The notes: generated from the sequence alone by a model not told the origin. 61,152 nucleotides of DNA from Candidatus Nanohaloarchaea archaeon (GCA_041640075.1 JBEQAY010000002.1:1-61152); one strand, 5' to 3'; shown: positions 20,445 to 29,928, counted from the first letter of the stretch. Made by a program: numbers and translations.

Positions 20445-20954
20445 CTACTCTTTGAAAAATTTTCTTACCTTCTCCCAGCTTTTCTTGAAGAATTTTGTGG
20501 TATGCTGGGCTTTTTTACCCTGCTTGGCGACCTTGGCTCCTTTCAAAGCTTTACCGCCTTTTGCCGCTTTCCCGGCTTTTGCAGGTTTACCGAGCTTCAG
20601 TACTTTCAGACCCCTCAAACCCCTCATGAAAGATAGGAAAGGCAGTACCAGGAGTATGTCAAACCACTTGTTCTTGAAGAATTTCCTGTTGTCCTCATAA
20701 ATCAGGAAGTCAACGAAGATCTCAAGTACAAAATACAGGAGTATCCCACGCTCAACCACCAAAACCACCTGATGCTGAGGATGCGTAAGATTGACGAAAA
20801 ACTCCAGGTAGAGAACTACAAACAGTAAAACAAGAACAGCAGGCATCAGGTAATCCAGTAAAGTGTGGACTCTGTAAAGCCTTTCAGAATCCGCAACACG
20901 CTTATTCAATTCCTTTGCCTGCCTGTAAGACTTTTTCAGCACCATGTACATCAA
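20445..20954 (-). CDS. Stand-alone voltage-sensor-like (Ion_trans S1-S4) protein
   Basis: S1 ending LE, S2 YFVLEI, S3 NKWFDILLVLP, S4 RGLRGLKVLK; no pore domain. Confidence 0.7.
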   Translation of the reverse strand: MMYMVLKKSYRQAKELNKRVADSERLYRVHTLLDYLMPAVLVLLFVVLYLEFFVNLTHPQHQVVLVVERGILLYFVLEIFVDFLIYEDNRKFFKNKWFDILLVLPFLSFMRGLRGLKVLKLGKPAKAGKAAKGGKALKGAKVAKQGKKAQHTTKFFKKSWEKVRKFFKE

Positions 20955-20994
20955 AATCTTTGCAGCTATACCTAAATTAGTTTCTCACCTGAAA

Positions 20995-21654
20995 TCATGT
21001 CCAGCCCTCTACTCCTTTTGAAAGATCATCTAGCAGCCGGTCGATATCATGGAAAAGGATTTCAAGATCTTCATTCCGACTAGGATCGACTAACTCATTC
21101 GGTCCAACTCTGGCACGCATCTCATACCCCTCAGGAGGATCGCCGACGAACCTGGTATCATAAGCAAAGTCTTCGCCTAGAGTCTCGCCAGTAGCTACCT
21201 TTACACGCTCGGCAAAGTTTTCGGACAGAAAATAATCGACCAGTGTATCGAAAGCCTGTGTCGAAACATCTTCAACTTCTTTCAAAGGCATCATACGGTC
21301 TTCGATAACTTTACGACCAAGCCTGTGACCTGTCTCATGTCCAAGCAAGGCCTGCTCATCAGAGGAGGTATCAGGATCAAAAAGAGCTTCAGTCACGATA
21401 TACCTGTCTTCATCCTCTCTGTATATCATACCAAGCTGTTTGATAACGTGTAGAGAGCTGCAGTAATCCAGTCCTGATTCTCTAGTAAGGTATTCCCCGA
21501 TCTCCCTTCTATCCTGGACATCCATGAAGTCAACAGTAGTGGATGGATAAGTCGGCGCACCGGCAGACTGTAACTCGCTGTGAATAGTCTCAGCCCGAGC
21601 ATTCAAATCCCTGAGAGCTTCCTGACCATATGTTCCACCTTCTTCCAGACTCAC
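20995..21654 (-). CDS. Hypothetical protein with HExxH zincin motif
   Basis: LLGHETGHRL...SENFAE. Confidence 0.55.
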   Translation of the reverse strand: MSLEEGGTYGQEALRDLNARAETIHSELQSAGAPTYPSTTVDFMDVQDRREIGEYLTRESGLDYCSSLHVIKQLGMIYREDEDRYIVTEALFDPDTSSDEQALLGHETGHRLGRKVIEDRMMPLKEVEDVSTQAFDTLVDYFLSENFAERVKVATGETLGEDFAYDTRFVGDPPEGYEMRARVGPNELVDPSRNEDLEILFHDIDRLLDDLSKGVEGWT

Positions 21655-21763
21655 AACTACTATAACCTGTTTAAATTAAAATACCTTTCCTCTCCAACCA
21701 TTTAACTCGGGAGAAATTTCTACAGGCACAAAGTTTTTGGAACTCACCTCTCAACATCCGGTT

Positions 21764-22510
21764 ATGATAGAACTTGACGGAAAGACCGCAATCATAACAG
21801 GTGCATCATCCGGTATCGGAAAAGCAACAGCACACAGACTCGCAGAAGAAGGAGTCTCAGTCGCACTCGCCTCCAGGACCCAGGAAGAACTAGAGGAAAT
21901 CGCAGAAAACATCAAGGAAAAACACGAGGTAGACGCATTACCGGTTGCAACAGATGTAACCAGCGAATCCGAAGTAGAAAACCTTTTCCAGGAAACAGAA
22001 GACGAATTTGGGGAAATCGATATCGTGGTCAGCAACGCAGGGCTCGCCATGACCGGAGAAATCGAAGACATGCCGACAGAACACTACAAAACCAACAACG
22101 ACGTCAACATCGACGGCATGTTCTACGTCGCCAGAGAAGCAATCCCACACGTCAAGGAAACCGAAGGAAACATCATCTTCCTTGGAAGCATCGCAGGAAA
22201 ATACCCACGAGGAGGAAACCCGGTCTACGCAGCCTCCAAAGCCTGGACAATCAGCTTTGCCAAAAGCCTGTCTGCACAGATCGGCGATGAAGGTGTCGCA
22301 GTAACAGTAGTCAACCCGTCCGAAGTCAGGACTGACTTCAACTCCGAAGAGGGAACAGCATTCAAGGAAACATTCGAAGAAGGCTCAGTCACCGAACCAG
22401 AGAGCATCGCCGACGGCATAATCTACGCAGCCAGACAGGAAAAAACCAACACAGTAGAAGAACTCAACCTCTACAGGAGAGACAAACTAGGCGACATGCA
22501 TCTCGGCTGA
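21764..22510 (+). CDS. SDR family oxidoreductase
   Basis: TGASSGIG, NAG, YAASK. Confidence 0.93.
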   Translation: MIELDGKTAIITGASSGIGKATAHRLAEEGVSVALASRTQEELEEIAENIKEKHEVDALPVATDVTSESEVENLFQETEDEFGEIDIVVSNAGLAMTGEIEDMPTEHYKTNNDVNIDGMFYVAREAIPHVKETEGNIIFLGSIAGKYPRGGNPVYAASKAWTISFAKSLSAQIGDEGVAVTVVNPSEVRTDFNSEEGTAFKETFEEGSVTEPESIADGIIYAARQEKTNTVEELNLYRRDKLGDMHLG

Positions 22511-22548
22511 GTTATTCTTCACTTCCTTCTAAGAAGATAAGAGAAGTA

Positions 22549-22905
22549 TTAAGCCCCTGGTACACCAAGTGCTTTTGACCTTATGCCAAATACGGACTCC
22601 AATTTTGTCACTACAAAAGATGCAATCCATGCAAGGACTGCTATCTGGAAAGCAGTACCTATTCCTACATTGTATGTCTGTGTAACTACTAGAAGCCAGA
22701 CGATAAATGTTATAGCAGAACCTAAGAGTGGTATCCAACCTGCGAAAAGACCTACAAGTGCCCAGGCTACAGCACCAAGAAATGCAGTCATCGCTGCCGT
22801 CTCCAAGCCAGCACCAACACCAGCATACTGAGCACCGAGAAAGATACCCGCAGTACCAGTTACAAAGCCAATCAACAAGTGAAAAATAGAATCAATCAAA
22901 CCCAT
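22549..22905 (-). CDS. Small four-TM membrane protein
   Basis: Gly/Ala-rich hydrophobic helices ending LGVPGA. Confidence 0.7.
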   Translation of the reverse strand: MGLIDSIFHLLIGFVTGTAGIFLGAQYAGVGAGLETAAMTAFLGAVAWALVGLFAGWIPLLGSAITFIVWLLVVTQTYNVGIGTAFQIAVLAWIASFVVTKLESVFGIRSKALGVPGA

Positions 22906-23113
22906 AATCTTTGTTTTGGGAAAAACTTCCTGATAAAAAATGGGTTTATGAAAGCCGCCGAACTGTGGCTTATTGCGTGTCCAAAAATCTCACAGAGATT
23001 TTCTTGATTCAGAAAACCTCCAAAGGTTTTCGGCAACCGAGCGTCGCAGTCTACTTCCAGATGAAGTTGGCCTGCTCAGAACAGATTTTTCCGAAAAATC
23101 TGTGTTAACCAGT

Positions 23114-23303
23114 TGCTCCACCCGGGATTCGAACCCGGGACCGCCGCCTAACTTAAGACACCAGCTGAGCTGGTGACCTGTGGAAACAGGTCTGTATTGC
23201 TAACTGCTACGAGCAGTTATAGGCAACGTGCAGGCCTTGCGGCAAAGTTTTTCTGCACGAGGTCCGTATAAGGACGGTGCTCTAACCCCTGAGCTAGTGG
23301 AGC
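23114..23303 (-). tRNA. tRNA-Ile(TAT) with 117-nt intron (23150-23266) at position 37/38
   Basis: Exons GCTCCACTAGCTCAGGGGTTAGAGCACCGTCCTTATA and AGGCGGCGGTCCCGGGTTCGAATCCCGGGTGGAGCA; canonical bulge-helix-bulge (CTTA/TAAG central helix, two 3-nt bulges, GGAC/GTCT outer helix). Confidence 0.92.
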
Positions 23304-23416
23304 TTGGCTTCCTATGTATGTGGAATCTCTGCGTAAATTAAAAAACCTTTACAGGTCGGCGTGTTTTCTGCCGGGGTTAACTGATTAAATTCTGGCGTGA
23401 AAAAACCTGTTTATTC

Positions 23417-24859
23417 ATGGATTCAGGAAGTGGTTTGCCGGTTGCCGGGGTTATACTCCTGCTGAATCTTGTTTCTGTATTTTTGATCGTCAAGCGGCAC
23501 AGGTTTGACTGGGAACTCGGTCTAAGGAAGCGTTTCGGCGTTGACCGGCACTGGTGGATTCCCTTGATTGCTTTAGGTTTCGCTGTGTTTTTCTCGATAG
23601 TCAGTTTCTCCAGTATCCAGACTGCTTTTGTCGAGAAGTTTGAGATCATTGCGTTGATTTTTTCGTTCGGTGTGATGGCGGAAGGTTTGAGAGCCTCTGG
23701 TTTTTTCCGGCATCTGGCGTACAGAATAGTTGAGAGAGGTAGAGGAGATACTGGTAAACTGATACTTTACATGTTCGTTTTGACGTCTGCTGTGACCTTT
23801 TTCACTTCCAACGATATCGTTATCTATGTCCTGACCCCGATAATCGTTTCCATCTGCTTCCAGGCAGGGATAAAGAACACTAAACTAATTTTGCTATCGC
23901 AGTTTATCGCCGCCAATACTCTTTCTATGGGTATGATGATCGGTTCTCCGACCAACCTGATTATCGCTGAGTCTGTCGGCCTGGATTTTTTCTCTTACCT
24001 TTTCCTAATGGTTCTACCGGCTTTCATCGCCTTTTCAGCTTCCTTCCTGTTGCTGAAAGTTACTGTTAAACTTCTGAGAAACGGGAAACTGCCGTTTTTC
24101 TCGGATCTGGAGTTCGGAGAGAGTTACTCGGTGCCGGATGAGAATCCTGTACCTGAGTTTACCTCGCAGATGCGTGACTGGGTTCTGATTTTCGGGTTTT
24201 TCGTTGGACTGGTTGCTGTAGTAACTTTCATGGATTACTCGCTGATATGGTGTGCTGCACCAGCTGTACTTATCTCGCTGGTTTACTGGCATTTCTCCGG
24301 GAAGCATGAAACCGGTGTCAGGGAACCTCTGGGGAAGCTTCCGTATGGGATTTTCTTCTTCGGTATGACATTTTTCATCTTCGCGGAACAGTTTTCGAGA
24401 ACCGGTTTCGTGAACTCTGAACTTGTTCCTTTACTCCAGAACTTTTTCCAGGGAAGTACTCTGGGAACGGTTTTCACAGGGATATTTGGGTCGGGAGTTA
24501 TGGTTAATATGTTCCTTGATCTTCCGTCCGCTGCGATAATCGGGCAGATTCTTCCGAAGCTGGAGCTTGGTTTTATGGCGGAGAAAATCCTGACGCAGGC
24601 CTCTCTGATAGGTTTGAATATCGGGACTTACGTCACCTCTATCGGTGCCCTGGCTGGTCTGATATGGTTTGAGGAGATCAGGGTTCAGAGGAGTACGGAG
24701 GAGGAGAGAGTTCCTGGTCTTGATGGCGAGATGGTTTTCCCTGACCGCGTTGATCTTCTCCGTTACGGAACTCTGCATTTCTTTTTCACTGGTCTGATTG
24801 CAACTGTTTTCCTGCTGATCGAAGCCGGCCTGATCAAGTTGTTGACCGGAGGGCTGTGA
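23417..24859 (+). CDS. ArsB/NhaD (IT superfamily) membrane transporter
   Basis: FFTSND..LTPI, AANT...IGSPTNL, GLNIG...IGALA. Confidence 0.85.
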   Translation: MDSGSGLPVAGVILLLNLVSVFLIVKRHRFDWELGLRKRFGVDRHWWIPLIALGFAVFFSIVSFSSIQTAFVEKFEIIALIFSFGVMAEGLRASGFFRHLAYRIVERGRGDTGKLILYMFVLTSAVTFFTSNDIVIYVLTPIIVSICFQAGIKNTKLILLSQFIAANTLSMGMMIGSPTNLIIAESVGLDFFSYLFLMVLPAFIAFSASFLLLKVTVKLLRNGKLPFFSDLEFGESYSVPDENPVPEFTSQMRDWVLIFGFFVGLVAVVTFMDYSLIWCAAPAVLISLVYWHFSGKHETGVREPLGKLPYGIFFFGMTFFIFAEQFSRTGFVNSELVPLLQNFFQGSTLGTVFTGIFGSGVMVNMFLDLPSAAIIGQILPKLELGFMAEKILTQASLIGLNIGTYVTSIGALAGLIWFEEIRVQRSTEEERVPGLDGEMVFPDRVDLLRYGTLHFFFTGLIATVFLLIEAGLIKLLTGGL

Positions 24860-24960
24860 ATCCTGTATCTGAAGTGGGAAAATTGTTGAGGGCTCGTCAG
24901 GTTAATAAATCTTCGAGGGAATTGTGGTTGTATAGAGTTCTATAATTGATAGGTGAATGA

Positions 24961-25674
24961 ATGATGCAGATGACCAATCCTCAGCAGCAACAGTACGACC
25001 GTGGTAAAACAATTTTCTCGCCGGATGGAAGACTTTTCCAGGTGGAATACGCAAAAGAGGCAGTTAAAAAAGGTGCTACAGCACTTGGAATCGTCCATGA
25101 AGACGGTGTGGTGCTGGCAGCGACAAGAAATACTAACAGCCTGGGTGTAAGAAACCCTGAGAAGGTCTTCAAGGTCGAAGACCACTTGGGAATCGCGATG
25201 TCCGGTCTTGTAGCCGACGGCCGTAACCTAGTCGAGGAAGCCAGGAACGAGGCACAGAAACACCTCATGACCTACGACGAGGAAATCCCTATATTCTCAC
25301 TGGCAAAGTTCGTCGCAGATAGATGCCAGCAGTTCACACAGTACGGAGGAGTACGTCCTTACGGAGTCTCCACGATCACAGGAGGCGTAAAAGACGGTGA
25401 AGCCGGTGTCTACCAGACGGATCCTTCCGGAACCCTCAACCAGTGGAACGCAATCGCCATCGGAAAAGGAGGAGAAGACGCAAAAGAATACCTGGAAGAA
25501 AACTATGAGGAAGACCTTTCCGAGGAAGAGGCAATCGAAATGGCTGTAGAAGCCCTCAAGGAAGGAGAGGAAGATATAGAGACAGAGAACATCGAACTCT
25601 CAGTAGTTGACGAAGAAAACAACTTCCAGCGCTACAGTCCAGAAGACCTCGAAGAAGAAGGACTCGGAGTATAA
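24961..25674 (+). CDS. psmA: Proteasome alpha subunit
   Basis: YDR..TIFSPDGRLFQVEYA, TQYGGVRPYGVS, TDPSG. Confidence 0.97.
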   Translation: MMQMTNPQQQQYDRGKTIFSPDGRLFQVEYAKEAVKKGATALGIVHEDGVVLAATRNTNSLGVRNPEKVFKVEDHLGIAMSGLVADGRNLVEEARNEAQKHLMTYDEEIPIFSLAKFVADRCQQFTQYGGVRPYGVSTITGGVKDGEAGVYQTDPSGTLNQWNAIAIGKGGEDAKEYLEENYEEDLSEEEAIEMAVEALKEGEEDIETENIELSVVDEENNFQRYSPEDLEEEGLGV

Positions 25675-25728
25675 ACTCCTTTCAACAACACATTTCACAT
25701 TTACATTTCATTTTACTTTCTACCGAAA

Positions 25729-27060
25729 ATGGCTGAATGGATAACAGTACAGGGAACAAAATCCGGTGCAGGAAAATCCCTGATAACCACTAAAATTATC
25801 GAAATACTTTCAGAAAACAATTCAGTCGCACCTTTCAAACCACTGAATTTCTCCCGCAACAGTTTCCCTGTAGAAGACTCGGAGATAGGTTACTCAACTT
25901 TCCACCAGGCCAGGAAAGCAGGTGTGGAACCGGAAAAATCTATGGCGCCAGTTCTTGTCAAGCCTATGGAGGAGAAGACCGAGTTGATAGCCGGAAAAGG
26001 TGTAGAGAAATCATCCTACGAGGAACTGGATGGAAAAATAGGAGAGAAATATAATTTCATCAAGGAATGCATCGAGGAACTTGACAGAAAATTTGACTAC
26101 GTTGTCTGGGAGGGTTTCGGGAGCATGATCAACTCGAACCTGGAGAACAATCCCAACACAGATTTTCTGGAGAAAATAGATGCGAAAATAATGCTTGTCG
26201 GCGACATCTCGGAAGGAGGAGTTGAAGCACAGCTCAAAGGAACACATGAACTCCTGGACGAAAAGTTTTCAGATAAAATCTCCTTAAACATAATAAATAA
26301 GGCAAGCAGGGAAGCAGAAAACATCTCGAAAACGGAAAATTTTGTAGAGAAACATACGCATACAAAGACCGTTTCTCTGCCGTACATCGAAGACCTGAAT
26401 TTTCCCGCGGAAGATGGGAGACCTCAATTCTCTGGTGAAGGAAAAATCGCCGTCATAGACTACCCTCACATGTCGAATACTTCTGACCTGGAATTTTTAC
26501 CTCCGGAAAAAACTTCACTAGTTGAAAAACCTTCAGAACTCGAGGATTCAAAACTGATTATCCTGCCTGGCTCTAAAAACACGTTGAAAGATCTGGAATG
26601 GATTAAGAAAAGAAACCTGGATCAAAAAATTCTGGAAAAATCTTCAGAAGCAGTGATATTCGGTGTATGCGGAGGTTTCCAGATGCTTGGCGAGAAAATC
26701 ACCGGCAACAGTATAGAACAGGGTGAAGTCAGTGGTCTCGGTCTAGTGGAGATGAAAACAGATTTTTCCGGGGAGAAACATCTGGAACAGGTCGAGTACA
26801 GTTTTGAAGGCGAGAATTTTTCCGGTTACAGAATTCACTACGGGGAGTCGGATATTTCAGGAAAAAATTTATTTGAAACAGGTTCGGGAAGGGAGGGATT
26901 TTTCGATGACGGTATCGGCGGGACCTACATACATGACTCGCTGCGAAACCGGGTTTTCCTGAAGTGGCTTCTGGCGGAAGCCAGGGTAGAGCCAGAATTT
27001 TCAGGTTCAAGCGGTTCTGAGTTAAAGGATATTCTGCGAGAGGAAGTTGATCTACTGTGA
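25729..27060 (+). CDS. cobQ: Cobyric acid synthase-like amidotransferase (CobQ/CbiP)
   Basis: VQGT.S.AGKS P-loop, APFKP.N, EG.GS, P.MSN.SD, LPGSKNT, GVCGGFQMLG, GTYIH. Confidence 0.85.
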   Translation: MAEWITVQGTKSGAGKSLITTKIIEILSENNSVAPFKPLNFSRNSFPVEDSEIGYSTFHQARKAGVEPEKSMAPVLVKPMEEKTELIAGKGVEKSSYEELDGKIGEKYNFIKECIEELDRKFDYVVWEGFGSMINSNLENNPNTDFLEKIDAKIMLVGDISEGGVEAQLKGTHELLDEKFSDKISLNIINKASREAENISKTENFVEKHTHTKTVSLPYIEDLNFPAEDGRPQFSGEGKIAVIDYPHMSNTSDLEFLPPEKTSLVEKPSELEDSKLIILPGSKNTLKDLEWIKKRNLDQKILEKSSEAVIFGVCGGFQMLGEKITGNSIEQGEVSGLGLVEMKTDFSGEKHLEQVEYSFEGENFSGYRIHYGESDISGKNLFETGSGREGFFDDGIGGTYIHDSLRNRVFLKWLLAEARVEPEFSGSSGSELKDILREEVDLL

Positions 27061-27102
27061 ACTTCCAAGCTTATTTAATGAAGCGACCAGAAAACAATCT
27101 AC

Positions 27103-27123
27103 ACCGGGATAAGTTATCCCGGT
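27103..27123. promoter_or_regulatory. Perfect palindrome upstream of the 27142 ORF
   Basis: ACCGGGATAA-G-TTATCCCGGT between a TATA-like TATTTAAT and SD-like GGGAGG. Confidence 0.5.
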
Positions 27124-27141
27124 TGGGAGGGGATTTTTCCT

Positions 27142-27867
27142 TTGGCATCAGAAACAGACGAACACGGCGAGGAGCAAGAATCGAAAATCCTGGAAACTGA
27201 GTCAAGCTTCTACGAACCAGAAGCAGGAAGGCAAAAAGAGGGGGAACCAAATTTTGACTCGGGACTAATAGTGGGCGGTTTCCCAACCTCCATAGATCTT
27301 GATCCAACTACTCAGGTGGCAGAGTCTCTGCAGAGTGAAGGGGTTGAAGCCGCTCTTGTAGCGCTCTATCCAAGTGAAGGCGAAGTACTGAATCCTGATA
27401 GAGGAGCGGTGTACAACACGTCTACAGCTCAGATTTTTCAGCAACTGGACCAGACAGTTGATTCTTTAACCGGCGATACAGCAGTCTTCGGATACTGCGC
27501 CGGCGGAGTCTACGCCCTGGAGTCAGAGATAATGAATAGAGATGATATCACGGCGTTCGTCGGCTCGGATGTCCCGCAGGGTATGGAGAACTTTGAAGGA
27601 GTCATGGAACCGGAGACAGATGGATTGGTTTTCTATGATGAGAAGATGAACGGTAGAGTGGATTCCCAGCACCTGGAGGTTCAGGGAACCGACCATATCT
27701 GGAGGAATACACCTGTAAACTACGGTGATGCACAGGTCAGGGCTGCAGATCTTCTGGCAGAGGAAGCCGACCGGATGGAGATCGAGAAACTTGCTGAAAC
27801 ATACGACTGGCTGGAAAGCTCCGGCTACGAGCCACGAGGTGAAAAACTGGATGCAGCAGGTCTTTAA
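27142..27867 (+). CDS. Alpha/beta hydrolase (dienelactone hydrolase-like)
   Basis: Nucleophile elbow VFGYCAGG, late His in GTDHIW; TTG start with SD. Confidence 0.6.
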   Translation: MASETDEHGEEQESKILETESSFYEPEAGRQKEGEPNFDSGLIVGGFPTSIDLDPTTQVAESLQSEGVEAALVALYPSEGEVLNPDRGAVYNTSTAQIFQQLDQTVDSLTGDTAVFGYCAGGVYALESEIMNRDDITAFVGSDVPQGMENFEGVMEPETDGLVFYDEKMNGRVDSQHLEVQGTDHIWRNTPVNYGDAQVRAADLLAEEADRMEIEKLAETYDWLESSGYEPRGEKLDAAGL

Positions 27868-29329
27868 GCAGAAAGAACAGGAGCAGTTTGAGGAAAACTC
27901 TGAGGAGAATGTCCAGACAGTTATAGAGACGGAAACCGATCTCACACCGCAGAAAGTGAACCTTGAACTCGCCGAGAGAACAGTTACAACTACAAGGACA
28001 GAGAAAATCGTGGATGGGGAGGAGAAAACCGTCATCGATATGGACGAGTCCAGAGAAGTCCAGGAAATCTCCTATCCGCGTCCCGACAACCTCTACCAGG
28101 AGAAAGCCGAAAAAATCCCGAAACAAACTCAGGAAGAGAAAGAAGCTGAAGAAGAAAATATAGGGAAATCCACGTCCGTAAACTTCTCGAGGCCGAAAAT
28201 AGTTTTTCTCAAGGTCAAGGCTCCTGAAAAGGATTTTCCCAACGAAGCATGTCAGGTGCCGGAGACAGCAGATACAGAAGCACTAAGACCTTCGGTAGCG
28301 TCTGTAATAGTACAGGAGGAAGATTCCGTAGGTGCCTTAATCGAGGAAGTAGTCGAGTCTCCTGCAGTCGAGAGCGAAACTATTGAAGAGGAGGTAGAAA
28401 GATTCCTTGAAACTCAGGAAACTCTGATTGAGGAATCAGGAGAAAATTATAGCTCGGAAAGTTACAGTGAAGACGAGGAGGAAAAATTTGAGCCCAAGAT
28501 GATCCTCGAGGAACCTGATATCTATGAAGAGATAGAGGATGAGAGCTATGAAGTAACGGAGACATTTTTCGAGACTTTGAAACCTTTGGAGGAGTCACTT
28601 AACCCCAAGTTTCGGGTAGATTCCCTTGAGGATTTTGAAGGCCTGAAGAGTTATACCTCAGTCACTGAAGGCGTCGTGAAGGCAGAGTATAACCCTGAGG
28701 AGAATGAGAGTGGTGTCTCGGAGCGTGTCCTGGTGTCGATGGATGCGCTTACAGAGCAGGAAAGTCTGGAGGGCAGTGAAGTGGTTGAATACCTAGGACG
28801 TCCGGAGGTAGAACTTGATGCGACGGTCGCAGAGATACCTTATTTCTCGGAGAACTCGGGGCAGAGCTGGGAAAGCGGCTGGAACAGTTTCGACATGGTT
28901 CTTCAAATGGGTGACATGGATTTCCAGGACACAGAGTACCTGATCTCAAAACCTGGTGAAACAGTAGATACACCAGCCAGGAGCAGTATAGACTCCGATT
29001 TTGATTCCTCTAAAATCCTGGAGTTCCGGGAGTCCCAGCAATGGTCAAATCACGACGGAGGATACGAAGCCTCAAAAGTGACAAAAAATGCGTGGCAGGA
29101 AAAGTATGGAGAAGGTATCATGGAGCTTGACTCGATGGAGCGAGGGATTTACGCGGCTATAGTAGAAGGAAATGAGTTCAGAGGATCAAGCCTTGATTTC
29201 TCTGAGATGGGTCTTGAGAACGGGAATTTCCTGGAAAAAGTTTACAGAGAAACAACGAAAAGGGAAGATTATCTGGAAGGATTTACTCCTGAAGCAGGTG
29301 GTGGAGGGCGCGCCACAGCCCTTTCCTAG
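27851..29329 (+). CDS. Very acidic hypothetical protein
   Basis: Long Glu-rich ORF overlapping the upstream gene end; no family motif recognised. Confidence 0.6.
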   Translation: MQQVFKQKEQEQFEENSEENVQTVIETETDLTPQKVNLELAERTVTTTRTEKIVDGEEKTVIDMDESREVQEISYPRPDNLYQEKAEKIPKQTQEEKEAEEENIGKSTSVNFSRPKIVFLKVKAPEKDFPNEACQVPETADTEALRPSVASVIVQEEDSVGALIEEVVESPAVESETIEEEVERFLETQETLIEESGENYSSESYSEDEEEKFEPKMILEEPDIYEEIEDESYEVTETFFETLKPLEESLNPKFRVDSLEDFEGLKSYTSVTEGVVKAEYNPEENESGVSERVLVSMDALTEQESLEGSEVVEYLGRPEVELDATVAEIPYFSENSGQSWESGWNSFDMVLQMGDMDFQDTEYLISKPGETVDTPARSSIDSDFDSSKILEFRESQQWSNHDGGYEASKVTKNAWQEKYGEGIMELDSMERGIYAAIVEGNEFRGSSLDFSEMGLENGNFLEKVYRETTKREDYLEGFTPEAGGGGRATALS

Positions 29330-29852
29330 CATCTTCCTCGCTGTCTGCCGAGGAGATCAGGAGTTTATCGCCTTTCTCAGGTATAAAAATATCTTCCAGT
29401 AGCTCTGTATCCTCTTCAAACATTTTTTCCTCCGGATCCTCGTCTTCCGGGAACGTAAAATTTTCATGGTACTCAAGTACGGTGAGTCCTCTGGCTCCTG
29501 CCCGGACCGCCTCATCTCTAAGCTGTATAACATTGAAATTTGTGTCAAGTTTGACAAGTGCTGCGACAGCTTCTTCACCCATACCAAGATAGTTCAGATC
29601 GACATCTGAAACTTTCTCAAGTACCTTGTTTATCTTTGAGAAGATTTTTTCTCCTTCAGAGGTCAACCCTGTTTTCTCCCCGGTCTGTACGTAACCGGAG
29701 TTCTTCAGGTGTTTGAGCATTGTCCGTGTCTTGCTCTCAGTAAGGCCAAGCTCCTGTGCAAGTCTTCTTCTTCCTAGGTTTTTCTCTCCTATCAGGTAGA
29801 TGGCTGCGTAAGCCTGGAATTTTTCGACATTCAGGTTTTCCAGTTCAAGCAT
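29283..29852 (-). CDS. Winged-helix protein (DUF4443-like)
   Basis: LGRRRLAQELGLTESKTRT HTH, then LRDEAVRAGARG. Confidence 0.7.
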   Translation of the reverse strand: MLELENLNVEKFQAYAAIYLIGEKNLGRRRLAQELGLTESKTRTMLKHLKNSGYVQTGEKTGLTSEGEKIFSKINKVLEKVSDVDLNYLGMGEEAVAALVKLDTNFNVIQLRDEAVRAGARGLTVLEYHENFTFPEDEDPEEKMFEEDTELLEDIFIPEKGDKLLISSADSEEDARKGLWRALHHLLQE

Positions 29853-29928
29853 ACAGGTGTTTTAACCCGGGAGAAGTTTAAAATCAGGCGGGAAAATTGT
29901 TTAAGACTGAGTTATCAACTGGTCTAAT

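Noticed and set aside
22911-23176. ORFs 22911-23108 and 22973-23176; RNase P or SRP RNA
   Set aside because: The ORFs have non-acidic composition and one overlaps the tRNA; I could not see RNase P (GAGGAAAGTCC) or SRP helix-8 signatures
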